Shown: piece after piece, positions 23,276-32,165 of the stretch | Layout: every line of letters starts with the position of its first letter | Position numbering within the stretch: the stretch's first letter is position 1 | Origin: Sphaeroforma arctica JP610 | Lineage: Eukaryota | Length of the DNA stretch: 32,165 nt | Assembly: GCF_001186125.1 (NCBI RefSeq) | Contig: NW_014040225.1 | Span: 55,026-87,190 of the forward strand | Direction of reading: 5' to 3' | Program-made: the position numbers and the translations under genes | Notes under the pieces: model-generated | Told to the model about the DNA's origin: nothing | What the model saw: only the letters and a program-made list of their open reading frames with translations | The model's database searches: none

Positions 23276-24017
23276 GATGAATTTGAATACACACACAGAT
23301 ACACACAACATACTACACACAGCATCATAATACACAGGCCTATATGCTTAAATATATAAACACACAGTCACATACCTTGATGAAGGCTACACCTTGGCCT
23401 TCTTTTGCCTGCAGTGCTTCTACACTATCCACATACTGAGTGTCCTGTGTGTGCTGCAGATACACACTTCTGTCATTGTGTCCAATATCTTTAAACTTCA
23501 GGTCTCCGCTCTCTGAGGGCCCATACCACAGCTCCTTACTTAGAGGTGGCCGCATATATGGCAATTCATCCTCATCACCAATCATGACTACCTTTGCGTT
23601 CACATCCTTCTCTAGTATCGTTTGTAACGCCGAGAACGAAGCCGTGCCGGCCCCAACGAGTACATAAGGATTCGTAATATTTTGTGACGACGCAACTGTT
23701 TTGTTGCTTTGAGTCGGTTCTTCAACTTCCACTTTGGCATCATTCTCAGATTGGTCCTCAGGTAATATAGCAATAACCTCCTCCGCTACCTCCTTTACGA
23801 CCTTTGGTAGACCAAACCATGAATTGGGCGACGATGATATCGCCGCTGCTGCAAGAGCCACAGACACACCACCGACCAAGATCATCTGATTACCAATGGG
23901 ACCTTGTGGCACTCTGGAGCTTAATGCGCGACGCGGTGTGATGTGTGTGCGGGTTGCCTTACTAAGAGACCGGCCCAGACTAGGGCCGATACGTGTACGG
24001 ACACTTAACCACGACAT
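19911..24017 (-). CDS. AIFM1: Apoptosis-inducing factor, mitochondrial FAD/NADH oxidoreductase (AIFM1-type), 581 aa
   Basis: Eight phase-compatible GT-AG exons: 24017-23376, 22945-22779, 22446-22264, 21897-21789, 21526-21368, 21123-20952, 20789-20599, 20033-19911 (1746 nt). Motifs: Arg/Ser-rich presequence plus hydrophobic segment, [100 protein letters not shown], all matching animal AIF. Confidence 0.95.
23160..23275. repeat. (TA)n/(CA)n microsatellite with a 20-nt assembly gap (23206-23225) in AIF intron 1
   Basis: Read directly. Confidence 0.92.
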
Positions 24018-25542
24018 GATAGATAGCACGTATTTATGTCTATGGAATCGATGCTATACGGTGCATTCGCCTTATACAAATTTCAAATGCACGACAAGGG
24101 GTGTGCGGACTGCGGACACCCCAGGGCCAGATGGGGCCAGCCTGGCCCAGCCTCCCATCCCCAGGACCCCGGCACAGCGGCAGTCTGCGAGTGATGACTG
24201 ATGAGTCATCCAGTCATCAGCTACTGTGCCCAATTGGGTAATATGTAGTATCCGTCGTGATGTATGTATTGTTGTGTGGATGTCTCAAACTACCATGTAA
24301 ATTTTGGCGGGAAGGTGTCGCAAATAGTGTCAAAAAAAGGTACTATATATATACATATTATAATCATAGCCTACTACTTGAAGGGACCACTGCTAACTCC
24401 ACATAAGGCCCAGTACTCAGGAATTCCGCAGTCCGCCCATTGTGCGTCGTCTGTTAGTCAACCAACACCACCACAAATGTTTTATGCGAGGGTGAGGTCG
24501 CTGTGGTACTAAAAGCCACATGAACAAGGACTGCACTTCTAAATCAGACAATAAACTCGAAAAAGTTGAGTCAACGAGTCAGTCACAACTCACAAGAGTC
24601 AAGGAGTCGAGACTCGAAGTCGAGGGCCGAGCCTCCGAGGCCCTCTGCACCAGACGCATCACCAGCTACAGGCGGTGAAAATTTTAGGGTTTAGACCTTT
24701 CGTTATGTTTCTCTTTTGAAGTAATGCAGCAAGTAAACATCCATACACGATGAGGATAAATCGTACATCGTCGGGAATGGTAGATTGGCAACTAACCCTT
24801 CACCTATGATACAAGTTTATCCTAATTGCTATTGATCTCTGCAGTTGTCGGACTAACCAGCAGCGAGGGACACCGTCTGCAGAGAATACGAAGTTGGTCA
24901 CTAGTTCAGCATATAATAGGCTTGGTATTCTATCAAAACACATGTTCCTTCGGCCTGTCGATTGATGTACAAGTACACGTACTAGCACGCTAAATCTGTA
25001 CATTACGAACGCATAATATTGTAAGCGGCCAGTGGGGAAACTCAACTCCTTGATCCGCCATCACCAGCACTTCCTCAGTGCATTGTTCGTGCTCAGTATG
25101 TCAATATTCATCTCTAAGACTAATCAACTAATACAGACAGCATAAGTAGAAATGACTGTCCGCAGATTCGAAGAAAAATAGGTGGGTACCTTGCTAGGTT
25201 TGTCAATGTGCACACCAAAGACTTTCAACAAACACGAGGTGTTAAAGAAGAAAAGAATGGCTACCACAGGTTCGAGAAATCAAGATGACATGGTACAACG
25301 ATCAAACCGTACGCCGCAGGCTGGTCACACAATCTCGCAGGTGCTGAGGTTTAGCATACTATAATTTACCAGGACCTTTTATTTTCTATCTACAATACAT
25401 CTGTAACGATCTAGGCTGAGCTTCTATACTGTTAAGCTGTATCATCTTGACCCTGGATATACGGTCACACAAAGCGTATTATTTAATACAGCTGTTGAAG
25501 TATGTCAATTGTTTAAGTATAAACGCCCTAACATTGTTTTAT

Positions 25543-28500
25543 CTAGAGCTTTGCATCGAAGAATGGATGCCTTAATGCCTCAGACGCTGTCAGTCGATCT
25601 TCCGGTCGATACTTGAGAAGATTTCGAATCAGATCCAGAAATTGATTATGCTCGTCGGTTTGTTCGTGCATGAGAGATTTCAGCGTCCTGCACTGCTCCA
25701 CATACCTATAGATGAGAGTAGAAGTACGAATAAGAGTATGCGCTAATTTAGGCCATTGCATCTTAGTCTGTTCTGGGCAAAGTACTGATATATACTTACA
25801 TTCACGGAAAATGAAAGCTCGTGAGGGACCGCACCTCGCGTAGACCGGGTGTTTCAGATGTACATACGTTTATGAACACTACAAAGTAGAAACCACGCAG
25901 CACGTATAATGAGCCTATACAATATCAGTAGCACGCCAAGTTGACAACTTGCGGTAGCAGATCAATTATCGAGCATTAAGAAAGTGTTATAACATACTCT
26001 ATAGCTTTGTCGTCCGGTGCTTTTTCCGGCCACGCCAACCGTTTTCGAGAGCTGTCTAGCAGTTTAACCTGAAAATAAACAGGAAAAAAAGAAAGGGTTT
26101 GAGTGAAAAGATATACTAGTTAAAGTGACGGAATGAAGAATATTACGAGTATTCCACATCTCGCCGGCTTATGATTATCAGTGCCAACCTCTGAGGCGTG
26201 TGCGATGTACATTCATCGATGGTGGACTAAAAAGAGACTTGGATGCGTAATCACATGGTTCACCATTCTGAGTAAATGAAATCAGAGCTAGACAGATCCA
26301 TACCTTCTTAGTGTCTTGGAGCATGCTTGACGGCACACGTTTCTCCAGAATAACCTCCATCATCGCCAGATGTTCAAGACTATCATGAGTTTGAAACAAG
26401 GCATCGCCGGTGTAAAACTCAAACAATATACATCCGACACTCCAGATGTCACACGGATAGGACCAGCCCAATTCCAGAATAACCTCAGGAGGTCGGTAGT
26501 GTCGTGTGGCCACAATGGCTGTGTGGTGCTGATCTTCCCACGTCGCCGAACCAAAATCTATTAGCCGGATACTGGGGTCTCTCAAAACTTTGACTGTCCT
26601 TGTGGCGCTTTTCTTATCATCCGGATTATCAGAAGCATCGGATGCCACATTCTTACGCAAAATATTATTTACATATACACTCGTGCGGTCCCTCTCAGCC
26701 TTAGATGTGCTACCATTACTGCTGGCCTCACGATCGTCATACAGCACGTCCCTCTCGGTATCACTTATACTCCCACTTTGACCTACAACGTCCCTACTTT
26801 CCGTGGCTTCATCACCGTGTCCGCCGAGGCCTTCAGTCAGACTTTCAATTCCATGCACTTCATTTGGGCTGTCTCGCTCACTGCCACTCTCACTGGCGCC
26901 ATTGCTATTGTTGCTGTAGCGCTTATTGTCATCACTATACCCCACATTATTCGGACTGGGTAGTGTGAGCTCAAAGTAATCGCTCGAATTAACAAACAGA
27001 ATATTTTCGGGTTTCAAATCCGTGTGAGTGAGTTTGATGCTGTGTATGAATTTGACAGCTTTCAACAACTCACGCGCCATGCTTTGCACGTGATGAAACG
27101 GCAAGCCTCGGTAGCCGTTATCCTTAATGAATTCATAGACATTCTCCCCGAGCACTTCGAACACCATGCACATGTGATTCCGATGATCAAATGACGACAG
27201 CATATGTATAACCTCGGTGTCGCCTCTCGTATCGTGCTTTTGCAGGGCTTCCAGTATGGAGATCTCTATTTTCGCCGCGTCACGATACTTAGGAACATTC
27301 TTGATCACCTTGACGGCGACCTCTCTATTCAGCTTGGTATCATGACACGCTATCACCTTCCCGAAAGTCCCCTCGCCCAGTTCTTTAATTATTTTGTATC
27401 GCTGTCCGTGTAGGTAATCGCCCGGTATAACAATAAGCCGGCCTTCCGCATCGTCACACGACTGCCGTCGCTTCCTGCTTTTCCTCTTGCTGCTGCGGCG
27501 CGTGTCGGTTCCACTGTGACTGTCGCGCTCGCTGTGGCCCGTGTAGCCCTGAGCGCCATCGTGCTCACGGCCCCTCTTAGACGTTGTGTCATAGTCCCGT
27601 CGGCGTTTCCGGCTGTTTACTTCTCTGCTGCCATCTCGTCTACACTTACTCGTCCTATCTCTCCCATACCTCCTGCTTCCCCCACTCACACCCGACCCCG
27701 AGTAAACATACTCGGCCGTACGCCTTCCGTTCCTGTCGTGGTAATCATTGCGATCGCGGCTGTCCCCTCCTCGACGCTCTTGCCTGTGGTTTGCCCTCTG
27801 GATATCGCTAACACCGCCATAAGCCGTGCCATTGCGGTGTGATTCTTGTCTGCCTAGTTTTTTGGATCGACTTCTATATCCGCCCCTGTCCCGACTGCGG
27901 TCTTTGCTCCTTCCCCGCTCGCGATCCCCGCCTCTCAGATACGACGATCTGGCTGAGTACTGACCATGCAGTACATTGCTGTTGGTACCATCCTTACCAT
28001 TGTACAGTCTGCGACCATCATCCAAGTCACATTCACTGCCCCCTTCCCGGTCGCGTTCCCTTCCCCTGTCTCTGTCGCGGTATCGATTCGTGTCCCTGTC
28101 CCTGTCTCGTTCCCTATCTCTCGCCCTGAATCTGGGGGGTGTACGTGATCGATAGTCTCTGCCACGCCTCTCTGGTGTCCTCTCGCGACTACGAGCCCGG
28201 CTGTTTCTAAGAAAACCAAGTTAGGTGAAATTAGGCCCTCATTGGAGTAGTACATAGGACTACGAGTGCACAATGAAGCTGCAGAAATGAGGCTTCCAGC
28301 CTTATAAACGCGAGATGTTTTCTGCAAAAGTATATGCATACAACATGTCCTGCATCACTCAAGACATTCGTACTGGACAACACTCGCCAAATCATACTCG
28401 GCTGCTCTAGACGTGATCAATGCTCCATATACACGAAAACGCATGATAAAACACAGATAGCTGTTTCGCAACGAGTGTAATACACTATATCACCTTCAAA

Positions 28501-29048
28501 GCTCCTAACTGACACATACATATGTATATACGCAGAGGAAAGTGAAATAATAGATATGGGATACATAATCATCCCGCTGCACGAAATATAACATCCATAC
28601 CACTATGTTTCTTAAAGGTAAACAAATACAAAATACTACGTCTATGTCAAGATATGTCTCAAAAATGTGCGTGGACATATAAGCATGCCCAAGTATATAT
28701 CAGTATAAAAACCACCAAAACATAAATGATTTGAACAGTATCAACATCCACACACAGAACGCGCGTTTAATATATATATATATATGTGTATATAAATATA
28801 TACATACATACAAATACATCCACATATATAAACACCCACACCCACAAAATATTATATACAGTTGTCTAGAAAGGTATAGATATTATATAGATACATACAA
28901 ACACACATACACACACATATATATATATATATATATATCTCTCTCTATATATATATATATATAAGGTAATATAGATACAAACAAGCAAACATACAAACAT
29001 ATATATATATTGGCAATATACATACGTACATACATTTATTATGTGATT

Positions 29049-29099
<51 letters not shown>

Positions 29100-30287
29100 A
29101 ATACATATATGCATANNNNNNNNNNNNNNNNNNNNNNNNNNNNNNNNNNNNNNNNNNNNNNNNNNNNNNNNNNNNNNNNNNNNNNNNNNNNNNNNNNNNN
29201 NNNNNNNNNNNNNNNNNNNNNNNNNNNNNNNNNNNNNNNNNNNNNNNNNNNNNNNNNNNNNNNNNNNNNNNNNNNNNNNNNNNNNNNNNNNNNNNNNNNN
29301 NNNNNNNNNNNNNNNNNNNNNNNNNNNNNNNNNNNNNNNNNNNNNNNNNNNNNNNNNNNNNNNNNNNNNNNNNNNNNNNNNNNNNNNNNNNNNNNNNNNN
29401 NNNNNNNNNNNNNNNNNNNNNNNNNNNNNNNNNNNNNNNNNNNNNNNNNNNNNNNNNNNNNNNNNNNNNNNNNNNNNNNNNNNNNNNNNNNNNNNNNNNN
29501 NNNNNNNNNNNNNNNNNNNNNNNNNNNNNNNNNNNNNNNNNNNNNNNNNNNNNNNNNNNNNNNNNNNNNNNNNNNNNNNNNNNNNNNNNNNNNNNNNNNN
29601 NNNNNNNNNNNNNNNNNNNNNNNNNNNNNNNNNNNNNNNNNNNNNNNNNNNNNNNNNNNNNNNNNNNNNNNNNNNNNNNNNNNNNNNNNNNNNNNNNNNN
29701 NNNNNNNNNNNNNNNNNNNNNNNNNNNNNNNNNNNNNNNNNNNNNNNNNNNNNNNNNNNNNNNNNNNNNNNNNNNNNNNNNNNNNNNNNNNNNNNNNNNN
29801 NNNNNNNNNNNNNNNNNNNNNNNNNNNNNNNNNNNNNNNNNNNNNNNNNNNNNNNNNNNNNNNNNNNNNNNNNNNNNNNNNNNNNNNNNNNNNNNNNNNN
29901 NNNNNNNNNNNNNNNNNNNNNNNNNNNNNNNNNNNNNNNNNNNNNNNNNNNNNNNNNNNNNNNNNNNNNNNNNNNNNNNNNNNNNNNNNNNNNNNNNNNN
30001 NNNNNNNNNNNNNNNNNNNNNNNNNNNNNNNNNNNNNNNNNNNNNNNNNNNNNNATATACTAGCTTTGTTGTTTCTTTATCCGGCCTATCTGTGCATTCA
30101 CCACAATAGGATTATAAACGTTTGAAACACTGTGTAAAGTATTTGGTCTGCATTTGTGTCACGAAGAGCCACAGAGCACTAGACTTCATACTTACTTGCT
30201 TCTTCTGCGGATCCTCATGTGGTTCTGTGAGTCGCGTTGAGGTCTTTCACTGTAGTTTGTAAATTTTTTCAAAATCCAGTTGAACAT
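25543..30287 (-). CDS. CLK: LAMMER/CLK-family dual-specificity SR-protein kinase (CLK/Doa/Kns1-like), about 742 aa
   Basis: Kinase motifs GEGTFG, VAVK, HTDLKPENILF, DFGSAT, VATRHYRPPEVILELGWSYPCDIWSVGC and the LAMMER signature EHLAMME(V), plus an Arg/Ser/Asp-rich N-terminus. Phase-compatible GT-AG exons: 30287-30196 (MFNWILKK...), 28206-26304, 26068-25998, 25705-25543 (...RLTASEALRHPFF), total 2229 nt. The N gap in intron 1 could hide further exons. Confidence 0.93.
28770..29115. repeat. (TA)n/(CA)n microsatellite in CLK intron 1
   Basis: Read directly. Confidence 0.92.
29116..30054. other. Assembly gap (N run)
   Basis: Run of N. Confidence 1.
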
Positions 30288-30426
30288 TATATGAAGTGCT
30301 GCGAAGTCGAAGAGGGATCTTGACTTTGGCACTGATTTATTCAAAAGAATCGAAAGGTTGAAATAGGTGCTGTTATGCTATGGTTCGAGCTCGGCGAAGG
30401 TATTTATAATTGAATAACGTAGAGGT

Positions 30427-30496
30427 GTTACAGCCGTCGTTACAGCCGTCGTTACAGCCGTCGTTACAGCCGTCGTTACAGCCGTCGTTACAGCCG
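30427..30496. repeat. Perfect 12-bp tandem repeat (GTTACAGCCGTC), ~5.8 copies
   Basis: Read directly; about 140 bp upstream of the predicted CLK ATG. Confidence 0.95.
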
Positions 30497-30668
30497 GCTA
30501 TTTCCACCTGTATACTTGTAAACGGTGTGTAGCAAAGTCTCCATGTGTATTATTATATTGCTATTTCAACTTTCGCATTGCTAAAATATCCTCACACAAA
30601 GCACACACAAGTTTGACTTTGATGTTCCCAACAGATCTAGTAGAGAATGAATACATAGGCCCACCTGA

Positions 30669-30731
30669 CCTATTCCCGCATCCCACTTTCCTATTCCCGC
30701 ATCCCACTTTCCTATTCCCGCATCCCACTTT
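30669..30731. repeat. Perfect 21-bp tandem repeat (CCTATTCCCGCATCCCACTTT) x3
   Basis: Read directly. Confidence 0.95.
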
Positions 30732-32141
30732 CTCTAACGACCCAGCCCATTAGCCGAGCCGCAATACATGTTGCGTTAAAACAGATAAACTTTTAAATAT
30801 ACACGTTGAACGTTTATGTCGTTATGGTTCTATCGCTATCCTTGTGGCAGTGTGGCCTATAGGCTGTGATGGCCCGTGGGTGCATGTTCGGAGAACTGAG
30901 CCACTGAGGTTCGGAGTTTTCAGAATTGGTACGAGGGTGTCCTAATAATTCGCATAATATTTAGGTCGAGACTTAATTTCCAATTTTTGTCAAAAAATAA
31001 AACGGATTGAGATTTAGTCACCCAGCTCTAGGCGGCTGACTGATGTACGGCCACTACAGCCTGTAGCCTCAGGGCTTAGGGTCACCGCCCTCAGGCCGCC
31101 TGCAGGTAAAAGACCCCAGGGCCGGCACAGTGCACAACGGACGGTGGACCTTCGCCCAGGGGCTGAAGGGACGGCTACCATTAGAACTGAAATATTTCGG
31201 CGGTCTTTTTCGATGTGACGTAGGGTGATACTGTGAGTCACAGTGAAGCTGATTATTAAAGTGAATCCGTGAATCCGTGATAGACTATGAGACCTGAAAA
31301 TATGGACTGTAGAGACTAGAGAGTGTAAATAGACTGTATTTAAGTTGTAGACTGTAGAGTGTGAATAGATTGTATGTAGAGAGTATACTTCGTTTAGAGG
31401 TTTACTGTACACTGTACAGTCTACAGTCTGTACTTTGTAATTTGTAGTAATATGTATATATTTTACATACTATTTACACTTTTACATATCAAGTAGAAGG
31501 TTATCACGACAGAGGGTTTTATTTTCTATTTGTTATGCACTCCCATTCCAACTCCTATTTAGCGTAGCCTTCATAGATTTACAGACTACAGACAACTTTA
31601 TTGACAAACTACTGACCTGAAAAAAAAGAAAGATAGTCATCCCTCTATTTCTTCATGTAGGAGAAAGACAGCACACTCGTTTGACAATGTAAGAAGACAA
31701 CTGTAGTGGTAGCGTTAAACAGCCGCGTTCGAGATCACACATTCGATCTGATAGCTGACATATATGTAATATTTTATGCAGCGGATTCTCTTCGTTTTCC
31801 TTTCACTTTTGGAAATGTAGATTGTCCACTACAAAGCGCTACAAAAATCTTGTATACTGGTGGTTATTCACTGTCCGTGAATATCGCAGACTGTTCAGTC
31901 GGTGAGGTGGTAGATTGTTTAGTGCGTGAAGTCGTCAACGGTCGAACTCGAATGTATATCAGCACAACTGAACGCAAAAAAATGCGATATTCGAAATATC
32001 CTTATCGACCAATCTGTATGCCTGGTACGGATATCAGATCATGTGCCATGAAAGTTCCTATGCCTGTAGCTGTATTAAAGTTTCTGTATTTAAAAGTTAA
32101 AAAAAATACATGTGTAATTATATATATATATATATATATAT

Positions 32142-32165
32142 GTGGGTCCTCTAGAGTCGACCCGC
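32142..32165 (+). other. Cloning-vector polylinker contamination (fosmid/pUC-type BamHI-XbaI-SalI-PstI)
   Basis: GTGGGTCCTCTAGAGTCGACCCGC matches GTG-GGATCCTCTAGAGTCGACCTGC (Eco72I half-site plus MCS of pCC1FOS-type vectors) with two differences. It lies at the window end after a (TA)n run. Confidence 0.85.

Noticed and set aside
24552..24566. 15-bp match (TAAACTCGAAAAAGT) to the fold-back element arm
   Set aside because: AT-rich, short and not extendable; likely chance.
26178..26303. C-terminal VWICLAL...RGWH of the 615-aa ORF
   Set aside because: Intron read-through past the AAG|GTATGG donor; the true kinase C-lobe continues in exons 26068-25998 and 25705-25543.
26360..28339. Multiple antisense or alternate-frame ORFs over the CLK exon (similarly over muniscin and AIF exons)
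   Set aside because: Shadow ORFs of GC-richer coding sequence with no independent motifs.
29010..30125. 371-aa ORF
   Set aside because: Artefact of the N gap.
30375..30400. GGTTCGAG as a tRNA T-loop/B-box (also ~25269)
   Set aside because: No cloverleaf or A-box can be built around it.
30427..30731. Short repeats as a CRISPR array or telomere
   Set aside because: Head-to-tail repeats without spacers, internal location, not a telomeric unit.

Overview
Eukaryotic genomic DNA with GT-AG introns, long (TA)n/(CA)n microsatellites and two assembly gaps. The animal-like gene set in a compact genome suggests a unicellular holozoan such as an ichthyosporean; this is inference only. Four protein-coding genes lie head-to-tail on the minus strand: (1) a LAMMER/CLK kinase (30287->25543) with a very large insert inside the catalytic domain; (2) an AIFM1-type apoptosis-inducing factor (24017->19911, 8 exons, 581 aa); (3) a ~100-aa hydrophobic protein resembling an uncharacterised family I recall from bacteria and plants/algae (17409->17104); (4) a multi-exon FCHo/SGIP1-like muniscin (~15164->5568) whose mu-homology domain is followed by an atypical ~197-aa Pro-rich tail ending in NPF. 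The first ~5.4 kb is gene-free and repeat-derived. It holds a decayed DIRS/LTR-type reverse-transcriptase remnant, stretches with a RIP-like TpA excess and TpG deficit, phased TGACA/TGTCA palindromes and a ~40-bp minisatellite. A ~580-bp fold-back/MITE-like element sits at 18152-18729. The last ~24 nt are fosmid/pUC polylinker contamination. All exon models and counts were derived by eye and need computational confirmation.
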